From Mobula hypostoma (taxonomy: Eukaryota), in NCBI RefSeq assembly GCF_963921235.1, contig NC_086097.1, positions 127,474,001-127,538,000 on the forward strand: DNA of 64,000 nucleotides, read 5' to 3'. The notes beneath the pieces are model-generated. The model worked only from the letters and a program-made list of their open reading frames with translations, did no database searches and had not been told where the DNA came from. A program made the translations under genes and the position numbers. Positions within the stretch are counted from its first letter, which is position 1, and every line of letters begins with the position of its first letter. Shown here in pieces: positions 51,657 to 64,000 of this stretch.

Positions 51657-54600
51657 CAAGTCTTTCCCAACCGTTTTTAGGCCAACACTCCACTAGAGCA
51701 CCTTTTTATTTGCCAACACCCCCTAAAGCACCCTTGTAATTGTCAATGCCCTCTAAAGCACTTTCGTACTTGCCAACACCCCTCTTAGGCACAATATACC
51801 TTCCAGTGCCCCCATAGTGTAAAAGCATGTCTACCATATGTTAACATGAGAAAATTTATTCTGCTTTAAATTTTTATTTGTCTTTAAACCTGGCTACACA
51901 GTACCTGTGCATTGTACAGCAGCTTCGATATCATTTTTATCCTTAAGCTTGATGATTTTTAGCAAGAGTTGAAATATCAGGTTCAAGTTGTGACAGCAAA
52001 AGCCTTACATAAGTCCCCATGTGTAACAATGTCCAAGCGGTTTCTGTTTTTTGTGAGTATGTGGTTCCCTGCACTGTAGCCTCTTTTAACAAGTTAGGAG
52101 GATGGAAATGCAATGAAGAGCAGTTTGGCTCTTCTCCAAAGACCAGGAAACTTCCTCCTGCAGTACCACAAAAGCTGATGTTTTTGAAAAGCATTTTTGC
52201 TTCTTCATCATTCTGAATTTTGATAATTTCTTCTTGCAAGGTCTCTTCCTGTTCTTTCACCTTGCAAAGAAATGGGTTAATTACCCAGTCCGGAATTTCC
52301 AGATTGTTCAATTCCTTGAATAGATTCTGAAAATCCTTCTTCAGTGAGTGCAAGTGTAAGCAGTACTCTTGCAAACCACCATCTGTGAAGGCAAGTGCTA
52401 TACTTTCCATGCAGGGAAACTTCTCCCAATGTTTTGCTTATATATTTCCAATTTTTCAATAAAAGCGGACATTACACTTTTTGCCTGGATTAAACTGAAA
52501 TTCTCACCCTGCAGTTTCATATTTAGAGCGTTAATTTGGTCATACCTATCAGCTAAGTATGCCCCATCTCCACCTAGAAGTTCAGTCTTGTTTCCCAAGC
52601 TTTTGTCGACTTTGAGCAAAAATTCAACCACAGTGTTAAAAAGATCAAAGAACCATTTTAAGTAGCAGGGTTTTGCCAGCCAACTCACTTCAGTGTGAAG
52701 AAACAAGTGTTCAAACTCTTCATCATTATCTTGGCATAACTGACAAAATATTCTGCTAAGGATGAGCCTTAATTTTGTTGATAACAGATATTACAAGAGT
52801 CATGCTTGAAAAACACCATTGGCTGAGGTTTTTGGCTGCGAGATGTTTACAATGAATCAGAGAATGGTTTGCAAGTTGACTTGGAATTTCTTCTTTCATA
52901 AGTGCTCCTAAACCAGCATGGTGACCTGTCATATATGGTGCTCTATTTGTTACATAAGAAAACATGTCCTTAATCAGAATACTTTTATCCTCAATGACCC
53001 TATACAATTACACCAACACCAGGTAGATCGGCTCTGCGCGGAGTCAATGTGAGGAAAGCAGCTGGCCCAGATGGAGTCACCGGAAGGATTCTTAAGGACT
53101 GCGCAGATCAAGTAGCGGGAGTATTTACTACCATCTTCAACCGCTCGCTACTACAGTCTGTAGTTCCCACCTGCCTTCAGTCAGCCACAATAATACCCAT
53201 ACCAAAGAAAGGTACAGTGAACTGCCTTACTGACTATTGCCCAGTTGCTCTAACTCCTATCATATGAAATGTTTTGAGAGACTCATACTGTCTTATATTA
53301 AGTCTGCCATACCTGCTGACCTTGATAAATACCAGTTTGCGTATCGTGCAAACAGATCGACAGAGGATGCAGTCATCACAGCTCTCCACACAGCTCTTAC
53401 AAACCTGGATCTGGATAACACCTATGTAGAAATGCTGTTTGTGGACTACAGCTCAGCTTTTAATACAGCTCATCCCCTACAAACTGGAGCAACCTGAGCC
53501 TTGGCAGCTCACTGTGCTCAGGGATACTGGATTTTCTGAGTAACAGACCCCAAAGTGTCAGGATGGGAGAACAGACATCATCTACTCTCATCCTGAACAC
53601 TGGTACACCACAGGGGTGTGTTCTCAGCCCCATCCTCTATTCTCTTTTCACCCATGACTGCTCTACCATTCACTCCACCAACACCATTGTCAAATTTGCT
53701 GACGATACCACCCTAATAGGTATCGTATCAGACTGTGATGAGACAGCCTATAGGGAGGAGGTACAGCATTTGACAGAATGGTGTTGTCATAATAACCTGG
53801 ACTTGAACATCACAAAAACTAATGAGCTAATAGTAGACTTCAGGAAATCAAAGCTTGTTGAGCACTCTGCTCCGCACATATACGGGAAAGAGGTGGAGAG
53901 GGTGAAGAGTTTCAAGTTCCTCGGCATCCACATCTCAGCTGACCTCACCTGGACTGCCCATGTCTCTTACCAGGTGGGGAAGGCCCAACAGAGGCTCTAC
54001 TTCCTAAGGAAGCTAAAGCACGCTCTCCTCCCTCATAACCTGCTGATCAACTTCTATGGGACAACTATAGAGAGCCTCCTGATGTATTGCTGTGCAGTGT
54101 GGTTTGCCAGCTGCACAGAACAGAACAGGAAGGACTTGCAGCGGGTGGTGAGGGTAGCAGAGCGGGTTATTGGCACAACATTACCCTCCCTCAGAGACAT
54201 TTATACTGGCAGACTTCAAAAGAAGGCTACTTGTATTTCAAAGGATCCCACTCATCCTGGACATCACCTGTTTTCCCCTCTACCTTCTGGGAAGAGATAC
54301 AGAGCATTAAGGACAAAAACAAAGAGACTCCTTAACAGCTTCTACCCATAAGCAGTGAAATGTATAACACCCCCTTCCCTTCTCCTGCCCCCCTCCTAAG
54401 ACGGCGGCAGCTAAATGCATCACACTTCCAGGAATGGCAGGTGTGCTATCCCCACATCCATATATTATTAATTTTGGACTGCACTCCTGAAGTTTTAGAG
54501 TTTATTTTATGTATATATTCTTTGTCATGCTGCAAAACGTTGAGCTGCTAAACTGTGTTTTATTGCTCCACAACAATGACAATAAAGATATTCTTCTTCT

Positions 54601-55962
54601 TCTTCTTCTTCTTCTATATATTTTGAGCTCATTGTAGATTGATATTTGTTTTTAACTTTTTACAAAAGAGAATCTCTTCGTAAACTTTTCCATTTTTGAT
54701 AAACCGTACATATGTCATTAGCAAAGCCTTGTTGTCTCGCACTGTTGACTCATCCATTTGTATCCAAAATTTTGTTTTTATAGCTCTGTGCATAGCTGAT
54801 ACTCAATGTCTTCACTCATTTTGTCAATATGACATGCTGCAGAGTTATTACTCAGAGGAATTGATTTTAAAATACTGGTATTCATTTTGAGAACAGTGGC
54901 GAGCACTTCTGATACAGCAGGCGTTATTAATCTTTCACAAATTGTATGAGATTTTCCACACTTTGCTATCATTTTGGAAATGTTATAAGAAGCAATAAGA
55001 CAGCTATTAAAGTCATTTTTATCTTCCTTTGCAAATGACTTGAGTATACAACACTTTTCAAATACTCCTTTCATCTTCTGGAATTGAGTAATACCATAAG
55101 TAGCCTTTTCAGGGTGCCTTTTACAGAAGTATTCCTGCACTTTATCCATCATTAATGGGGTGAAATTAAAATAAACAAAAACGCTAACTGGGAATGCCTA
55201 TCGGATGTTGGCGATGGCAGCGCGTTGACACGGATGGAGTGATGATAGCGGCACACAAAGGAACGGCGAAGTGAAGATGGAAACGATCACAACAACAAAA
55301 ATTACATTGATAGGGATTTAGATTGGAATCTGAATATTAGTAAAGCTAGAGCTGGTGTTTGGCAAGCTAGCTTTATACTTTTCCAGTTAGCACAATTGAC
55401 CAATCACGTAATGTCTCATAATCCCCAAATATGGTTCTTAACTGCACATATGAAGCTGAGGTTGCTTTGCACTCCTCAGGAGGAGTCCTTGGGGTCAGCA
55501 GGCTCACTGATCAGCTCTATTTCACCATTTGGTTCTGGCCAGTTCTTTATCGTTGCACGACCTGTTTTCTGTAAATCTGTAGAGAAAGTTAAGAGGGTGT
55601 ACTTGACTTACCAACTGTTAAGTTGCATGAAGATGTTCCATGCCACGAGTCAAGGGGAACAGTTGAGAACCCTGGTTGCTAATTTATGCATCCCCAATAA
55701 TGTCTGTTTAGCTGGTAAGGTCAGATGGGATTGCTGAGTTTCAGACACATTGTGACAATGAATGCTCACTGCCTGTAGAACAATAGTTCTGCCTGTGTTC
55801 CAGTGCCTCATCCATTTTTTTGGAAGTGCTTACTCTACTAATGGTCAGTCAGGTCTCGTGCCTCAAGTTAGGGTGCTGCTTACCGGCACCCCAAGAACCT
55901 TGAACACCCCCCAACCTTAATGCACCCAGAGGATACCAAACCACTCCTGTTGGAAATCACTG
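51657..55962 (-). mobile_element. Decayed hAT (Charlie/Buster-like) DNA transposon, interrupted by a Rex1 LINE
   Basis: LHTEVSWL, LNMKLQG, IAKCGKSHTICERLI and IPLSNN motifs; dimerisation-domain remnant; end gttggaaatcactg; subterminal repeats of about 38 bp at 51680-51810. Confidence 0.85.
53003..54614 (+). mobile_element. Relatively well-preserved Rex1/Babar LINE nested in the hAT transposon
   Basis: 262-aa ORF with [10 protein letters not shown] and KFADDTT; aataaa followed by a (ttc)n tail. Confidence 0.9.
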
Positions 55963-56279
55963 TGGTAGTCTATTATAGGAATGAAACCCCTTGTGAGTTT
56001 TTATGGTGAGAAACACTGTAGGGCGCAGCTAAGTCCACCTTGCTGAATTGTTTCCTCCAGACAAGTTTGCAAAGATACCCTCTATCCTGGGCAGAGGGTA
56101 TTGATCTACTTTCAGTACTGGATTGATGGTGATATTAAGATCACCACAGATCCTGACAGACCCATCCTTCTTGGCTACTGGGACCTTTGGCATTGCCTAT
56201 GGGTTCCACTCAACCTTGGAAATAATTCCTTTAGCCCCCATGCCATCTAGCTCACTGGCTACTTTACCACAGATGGTAT

Positions 56280-57540
56280 AAGGAACCAGATGGGCTTTGT
56301 AAAACTTAGGGGTGGCATTTTAAATTAACACTATTTTACCCTCGATATGTTTGAGTTTTCTAATGCTATCCTTGAGCACTGTTGTGGGATCATCCAGTAC
56401 ATTTTAAAATTTGCTTCCGGTTGACTCTCTTGCAGGGGATGTGGCATGCAGCTGGTGGACGGATCTCCAATGAAGTTGTAGTTGTCTCAGCCACTCACAG
56501 CCCCACAACGCTGGCCCTCCTGTTTTTACCACATACAAGCCCAATGTGACTTGTTGGTTGTTGTTATTTCCCGGTTACAAATGCCATTCCCACAGGAGTT
56601 ATCTTTTCTCCAGTATATGTTCTTAGTTGGATATCTGCAGGCTTCAGTTGTTTGAAATGCCATTTAAAATCATTTTGTGGAATGACTGAAACAGTCAAAC
56701 AAGTGTTCAATTCCACTTTAATTAATTTGCCATTCACCTCTGGTATAAGCTATATTGCTTGTCTCTTGTTAGTTTTCACATTGTAAATCTCAAGGTTACT
56801 CAGTTCATCACTCTCATCTTTGTCAGATTTTCACCAACAGCATGCTGATCAGTGCTCTTTTTGAAACTGTAACTTGACTTTTTTTCTCTTCCCTGTCTGG
56901 CCAACATGCTCTTTTTATGTGTCCTACTTAGTTGCATTTTCTGCAGGTTTCACCTTTAAACCTGCATTGGTCTGGTGTATGTGAACCCCTGCCACAACAG
57001 TAACACAACATTTTTGGCCAGGCAAGTTTCTGCTTAGGTATTACAATTTTATTCATGCTTACTTTCATTCCTGACTGCAACTCAATTGTGTCTCTATCTG
57101 CCTTTTCCATTGATAGAGTGATTTCATATATCCTAAAATGGACTCCCCTTGTTTTTGATTCCACTTATGAAATGTAAATTGGTCTGCAAGTAACAATGAC
57201 TTTGGTTCTGCATTATTTTCATGAAATCATTAAAGGTCATTCTGGCCGGTTTGCTTGGAGCAGTCAAACTTTGAAGCAAACTGAATGCTCTTCCATCCAA
57301 TGCACTCAGCAAAACTGATACTCGTTTCTCATTGGCTATTCCATTTGCTTTAAAATACTGCTCAGTTCACTCAGTATAGAATATCCAGTCATCTCTTGTG
57401 CAATCGAACGTATCTATCTTTCTAATGTAGCCAGCCATTTTTGTTTTTTAAAAAGATATGATTACTAGCACCTCATACTTACTGTTTATGAACCTGTAGA
57501 TAGGTCTATTTTCTGCCTTTTACTTTAAATCGATTGTCTC
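56280..57540 (-). mobile_element. Gypsy gag/pol remnant
   Basis: Zinc knuckle CYCCGRGSHTPDQC-RFKGETCRKC; decayed protease/RT-start sequence. Confidence 0.7.
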
Positions 57541-57569
57541 TGTCCCTAGTATGCAATGTACTCAAAGTC

Positions 57570-58220
57570 AATACCCAGGTGCAGCAAGGCAGATGCTACG
57601 TCAGCCTTCACTGATAGATATTTTGAGCATAAAGAATAATGATAGTTGACTACAGTGGTAAAGTGCATTTGTAGATTATTGCATTCTGTTTTGTTTGCCT
57701 TGCCAAAAGAAGGATGGAGGAGGTGGGGAGGTGGCAGAAGAACGTTTTTGAATGGCTCTCTTGGTTAGTGTGCCTGTCACATGAGAAGAGATTGAATAGG
57801 CTAGGGCTTAGTTCTTTAGAGTTTAGAAGAATAAGTGGTGACCTCATGGAAGAAATTAAATTTCTTAGAGGGCTTAAGGGTTAGAAATGGAAGGATACTT
57901 CTTTCGATCATGGAGTCTCCATCTGAGGGTTGCTGTTTCAAAATAAGTGCTAAGCCTTTTAGGAATGGGATGTGGAGAAGTTTCTTCATCGGATAGTGAA
58001 TCTGTGGAATTTTTTACTCTTGGGGAGCTAGGAGAGCTCAGACATTGATTTCATTTGAAACAGAGATCAATAGCTTTTTTTGATATTAGAGGAAATGAAG
58101 GATAAGGAGATGGGGACAAGAATATGATACTTGAAATAGAAGACCAGGAAGAATCTTTTTGGGTGTTAGAGAAGGTTCAAGGGGCAGAATGGCAATTCCT
58201 GCTCCAATTTCTTATGTTCC
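57570..58220 (+). mobile_element. Old CR1 3' fragment
   Basis: tttagaagaataagtggtgacctcat; terminal cctgctccaatttcttatgttc. Confidence 0.65.
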
Positions 58221-59244
58221 TTTCTTGCAGTTACAAAATCAAGAGATTAATGTGACTCAGAAAAGCAGAGATTTTTTCATTATTCCACTTAGCTGTGGTT
58301 GGTATTTAAGTTTTATAATCATCATTGCTCTAGTAATTACAGTTTTAAAGAAAATTTGTGAGCAAAGAACATGTTAAGGGAATAAAGTTGGTTTAGTGTG
58401 AGCCTATGAGATTACTGCTAAATATGCAATTTATTTTACTTCTACAGTACAATAATTACAGCACAGAGATCCAAGCAGATGGCAGAATATAAATCATAAT
58501 CAGCAATGACTAGGCTGAAGGTAGATTTTACTGTTGTTTGCAAAATATTTGTTTCACTGTGATATTTTGCATCAGGGGTGGGGACTGACGGCAACTGTTT
58601 GTTCTTCTTTGATGAATATTCGTACTTTAATATTGAATCAAAAGTTTATCCACCACTCTTTAGGACTTCTGTAACACTTTGTATTCATATGCCTTAGCAA
58701 AATGATATGAGAACTATCATGTGCTTTAGGAAAGAAGCTGAAGTAAATGCTGCTTTAAAGAATATCTTAAAAGGGGTGAAGGGGTGAAGCAAGAGCTGAC
58801 GGGTGAATGGGTGGATCCAGATGAGGGGGGATAGGTTCTGAGAATGAAATGAGAAGCTGAGCTGTGATAGGTGTAAGTAATATAAGGCTGAAGAAGGTGG
58901 AATCTGATAGGAGAGGACAGTGGACAATGGAATAGAGGGAAGAAGGTGAGGAGCGTGGAGGGAATGTGTGGATGGTGGGCTGATCAAGAGGTCAGGAAAG
59001 GGGAAAGAGATGGGTGATGAGGGCTGCTGGGATAAGGGTTACTGTGAAAAAGAATTTCTTTCCAGTCCTGATGAAGAGTCTCAATCTGGTCTGTGGAATC
59101 CAACGCTTCCTGTTTTTCTTCTTTAGATTTCCTGCATATGCTTATTTATAAAACATTCTTCGAAATCCACAGATGCATGAAAGCTGAAATAAAAGTCAGA
59201 AGTGTTGGAAGCATTTTTGTCACAGTTCACTTTAAACTAATCTA

Positions 59245-59637
59245 AATCAGAGTGGGTGGCAGGGTGGAGATACGTCTCTACCAAAGGAGGTGTAAGGCGC
59301 TCCTTTCCTCCACTAGACTGCAGGTCACCCCTGGGCAAGGAGAAGTACATGACTACCCCCCCTCCATCGGTGTCACATGAAGCCACGGGAGCAGGAGGTG
59401 GGTAGTCATATGAGCAGCTGGTGCATATCACAACTCCTGTTTATGTGACCACTGACACCAAGTGGACAATCCCTGAAGAACATTGATAATGGTTGGGGTC
59501 ACCCATCTTGTAAAGATACTGCCCAGAAGAAGACAATGGCAACCCACTTCTGTTGAAAAAGTTGCCAAGAACAATCATGGTCAAGACTATGATTCCCCAC
59601 GTCATACGACATGGCACATAATGAAAGAATGAATGAG
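59245..59637 (+). mobile_element. RTE-related short non-autonomous element
   Basis: RTE-type 3' motif gaagacaatggcaacccacttc; (aatg)n tail. Confidence 0.6.
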
Positions 59638-61419
59638 ATCAGAGCATTTTGTTGAAAAATCAAAAATAAACTATAGATTCTGGTTGAGAGGGAAGGAGAC
59701 AAGTGAAACTTGTAAAGCTGCAGTGGGGTTGGGGAAGGAGATTTATCTGATAGGATAAAAGCAAGGTGACCATGAGTATGGGCTACAAACAAGGTTATCT
59801 GGTCACTGAGTGCATGGCAGCAGGCAGAGAGTGACAACAGAGGCAAAATAATGTAGGAGTTGTTAAATGCAGGCCAGGAAGGCATGCTTGACAGGTTAGG
59901 CTGGGAGTGTCTTTCATTTCCAGAGGAACAAAGAAAGAAACAAGTGGAGCCCACGTCACAGATGCAGATTGATATAGACAGAAATTACACTAGCTGAAGT
60001 TGTAGAATTCAGAATTCAGAATTCCTAAGTCCTGAAGCCTGCAATGTGCCAAATGGATGACGAGGTGTTGTTTCTGAAGCTTGCATTGGACTTTACTGTA
60101 ATACTGCTGGAAACCACAGACTGATATACCAGACAGGTGGAGGATTAAAATGGGAATCTCAGAGTCACCATTGGGACTGAAACCTTTGTTTCAGTGTTGA
60201 CAGTGATATTGTTCTATTACTGAGCTGTATCTCTATATAAATAAATAAATGTATATCCCATATATCTAAGAAATATGTCAATTAATATCATACATTTAAT
60301 CTTACACTGTTTACTTAATTTTTCTTGGATCAGCATTACATCTACATATGTTTCCAGTCTATCCTTTCTGTAAGTCTTATCGTGGCAAGTGTGAAAGTAA
60401 TGAAATGGTCACCACTCTGTTACCCTCATCCTCCTCAGTTACAGGCACACCATGTTAACTGAGACTCAGTTAAACATCGTTTTGGGAACACAGTAGATTT
60501 TTTGGTCAAAAAATCCTCATGTTAACATAAACTATGACTGGCATAAAGATCTGATGGAAGCATTATCACCTACAAGATCTGCTGGTCACATGCCATCTAG
60601 GCTTGGAAATGTATCACTGATCTTAATTGTTGCTGGCTTCAAAACCTAAAGTTTTCCTCCCATTGTGGGAACACCTCTACTGGAAGGAACTCATAATCTG
60701 AGAATACATCCAGTCAGGTACATTTAGGGGATGGGCAGTAATTGGAGTTTCTGACAGCAGGTTTTTTAAATAAAAGAATTATGCCTAGAAGGACCAGGCC
60801 CCTGCCAGTTCTTTGATAAAGCTTCAGTTATTCCACTCCCTGCTAATTCCACACAGCTCTGGCAAGGGTACACAAAAAGAAATAAAATGTAGGGCATTTT
60901 GCTTTTCAGGAGTGGCGAACCTTTTTAAGTGTGTGTGCCCAAATTAGTGATAATCTCTAAAAGATTTTCATGTGTACCATGGTATTTTGAACAGTGATAA
61001 TTGATTAATGAATTAGTAGCAATAATTATGGACTTTTTTTTTAAGAACAAATGATGACTCCTGATGTTTACTTACATATATTCATTGTTTTATTTGAGGG
61101 ACTGAGCCTTGTTTTAATCTATGACCCCTGGTTCTAGAAACCCTAGTCTAGCGAAACCTCTAGTAAATTCTGCATAATTGCGCACCTTAGGAATTTTACA
61201 TGCTTGACCGAGGTTGCATCTAATCTTTTACCAGTGAATATATGCCCAGTATGCTTAATCTCTCCTGATATGACAAATCTGCCATCCCACAAACCAATAT
61301 GTTGCATTTTCACTCTACCCTCTCTATCTCAAGTACTACATACCTACGGTAGGGAGATTAAACCTATCCTTGAATTTTAGATGCCATCTCACTAAGGTTT
61401 ATAGAATTGGAGAACAATA

Positions 61420-61640
61420 TCACAAGATCACAAGACAAAGGAGCAGAAGTAGGCCATTCAGCCCATCAAGTCTGCTCCACCACTCCACCATGAGCTAAAC
61501 TATTCTCCCATCTAGTTCCAATTTCCAGCTTTTTCCCCATATCCCTTAATACCCTGATTAATTAGATACCTATCGATCTCCTCCTTAAACACCCTCAATG
61601 ATCGGGCCTCCACAGCTGTATGTGGCAATGAATTCCATAA
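61420..61640 (-). mobile_element. CR1 3' terminal fragment
   Basis: ggagcagaagtaggccattcagcccatcaagtctgctcc terminal hairpin region. Confidence 0.75.
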
Positions 61641-62984
61641 GTACTCTTGCACTCAATTAGATTATGGTGTAACTCTGAATGTAGGGGAGAAAAATATAAT
61701 CTCAGCACCTTTATCTATCATTCTGTTTCAGTACAAAAAGATATACCTCTTACAGATCTTGGCTTTAGCAACACTAACTCTCTCATCCCCTTCTCCAAAA
61801 ACAGAAAATATGGGAGTGGTTGCCTAGAAATTCAATTGCATGACTTTGCTCTTTTCACAGCAGCACGTAACACAGATTTATTTCTTAAATTAAACTCAGT
61901 TACGGTGGAATGTTGTCAGTCTAGAATGGGTGTGGGCATTCCTGAAATTGAATTGTGCAGGTGATGTATGCTTTGGATTGGATGCATATACAATAATATA
62001 ATTTCTGCTGTTATTCTTGGAGTAGAACATTGCCCAAGGAAATACTCCATGGTAGTTTTGAAGCTGATGTATCTTCTCAAGCCAGTCAGATTTTAACAGC
62101 ATTAGAATCTTTGTAGCTAAGTGATTTTAAGGGGATCTATAAGAGCAGATTCCAGCCTGGTGAAGGGAACCCAATTTGGGCAAATTCTCTTTAATTCTTT
62201 CATTTACTGTCCCTGTGTCCTCTATTGATAAAGCCTTTCCACTGTGCTTCTATCACCACTAAAGTGCTACAAGTTGATCTACACTGCTCTTTCTTTCTGA
62301 TCTCTACCGTTCCCTTGTACCTTGAGCATTTTCCCTCCTTGCCCCAGCTCCTTGTGCCAGTTAATCCAATTTCTGCTGCAGGGTTGCACTGACAGATTAT
62401 GTTGGATCTTGTGGAAGGCTGATTCAGCAGCACCCAATGATTTGGGCCTCAGTGATATTTTAAGCCATTGTCTGACACCAAATCACTTATGGCTGTAGAG
62501 AGCACCAGTTGGGATCACACTGATGTGGGTGCCAATAACTTTCTGGGCCAGTGACTTCACTGTCCCTCACCTGGACTGCTGCAGCTGTAAAAAGGAATGT
62601 GAAACATTCCACAGCCAATGGGTGTCACTGTGGGACAGGGCATCAGCACAGGCTGAACTAAGGTAGAGAGTTGGGGGAAGGGGAACAGCAGCAATCACTA
62701 GCTTGTAGGAGGACACATTTTAATTTTTGTTCACAAAGATTACATTTTAAATTAATTAAACAATCAAATGGAGGAGGAATCTAATTAATCACCTTATTTA
62801 TCATATTTTTCCTTCATTCCAACCTTTCATGTAAGAGTCATGATTTTCAAAAGAAATTTATAAGTGTTTGATGGGATCAACATTTTCAAAATTAAATTAA
62901 TTGAAGTATCAGATGTGTGGTATGACACAAAAGGCATCTGTGCCGTGTTAAGTGGCAGCTTTTATAGCCGTACCACAGAAATCA

Positions 62985-63545
62985 AGATTGCACCTCTGTC
63001 CCAGGATACTGACGGACTTTTACCACTGTACTATTGAGAGCATACTCACCAACTGCATCTCAGTGTGGTATGGCAATTGCCCCGTATCGGACCGCAAAGC
63101 ACTCCAGTATGTGGTGAAAACTGCCCAGCGGATTATCGGCACCCAATTGCCCACCGTTGAGAACATCTACCATAAACGCTGCCTGGGCAGGGTGAAAAGC
63201 ATTACCAAGGATGCATCCCACCCTAACCATGGACTTTTTACTCTCCTCCCATCCGGTAGATGCTACAGGAGCCTCCGCTCCTGCTCCAGCAGGCACAGGA
63301 AGAGCTTCTTCCCTGAGGCTGTGACCCTGCTGAACCTCACGTCACAGCGCTAAGCAGTATTGCACCCATATTGTACTGTCTCAGTACTTTCATATTTGTG
63401 TGCTGTAGCATTTACTTTTTATTTGCAGTTATTTTCTAAATAACACTAGTCTTTGCATTTCTGGTTAGATACTAATTGCATTTCATTGGCTTTGTATCTG
63501 TACTCGGCACAATGACAATAAAGTTGAATCTAATCTAATCTAATT
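62985..63545 (+). mobile_element. Rex1/Babar LINE 3' fragment
   Basis: FYHCTIESILTNCISVWYG...SFFPEAVTLLN; (aatct)n tail. Confidence 0.88.
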
Positions 63546-64000
63546 TCCTTTTCTAACCAAACAGGAGAAATGTTAGGTACACCCAATACAAGTGGTTTCA
63601 GAATGGGGTACAAAAATCTGGAGCAGGGCTCATCAAAAAGTCACCAAATGAAGAAGAATTGAATTTGTTTAGTATTTCCCGGACATTGTCTTCAGAGTAT
63701 AAGGTCTTGTGAGTTTATTATTGATTGGCTTCATTGTGTCACAGCATATGTAGCCAAAGAGTACAGCACACTTTTCAAGACAGCACACGTAAACAATTAA
63801 CATGTCGAGTCTCTAAGCTGCTGGTGGACACTGAATGGTTCAAACCATTATTTCAATGTTACCTTTCTGCAAATCAGAGGATCCATTTAGCTCTCCTGTA
63901 ACATAGGATTTCAATATACTAAATAGACAGATACAAAAGAAAAAAAATCTATGTCTATGCCTGAAGACACTACACTGCTTATTTTCTCCTTGAACGAACA

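Noticed and set aside
59250..59345. Possible HDV-like ribozyme at the 5' end of the RTE-related element (GGGTGGC pairing with GTCACCC, followed by CTGGGCAA)
   Set aside because: I could not assemble a canonical P2/P3/L3 with correct lengths; a covariance-model search on the family consensus is needed.

Overview
Repeat-rich vertebrate genomic DNA; the repeat families (V-SINEs, CR1, Rex1/Babar, Penelope tails) suggest a cartilaginous fish, which is an inference. Two host genes lie in tandem on the minus strand. EEF1E1/AIMP3 has four coding exons (38358 to 19493). BLOC1S5 has exons 1-3 here (10660 to 7030); I did not find its later exons. The rest is mostly decayed LINEs, SINEs, a hAT transposon, a mariner-type MITE and Gypsy remnants. 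The most interesting system is a family of Penelope-like (Neptune-type) retroelements carrying a minimal hammerhead ribozyme. One near-full-length copy (1237-5688) has a 12-bp TSD, an RT plus GIY-YIG ORF and an inverted pseudo-LTR. Two miniature fold-back insertions (34884-35075 and 43510-43677) are built from only the ribozyme region and 3' tail. Their junctions point to a shared inversion start site, 5' truncation at the ribozyme, and target sites resembling the element's own read-through sequence.
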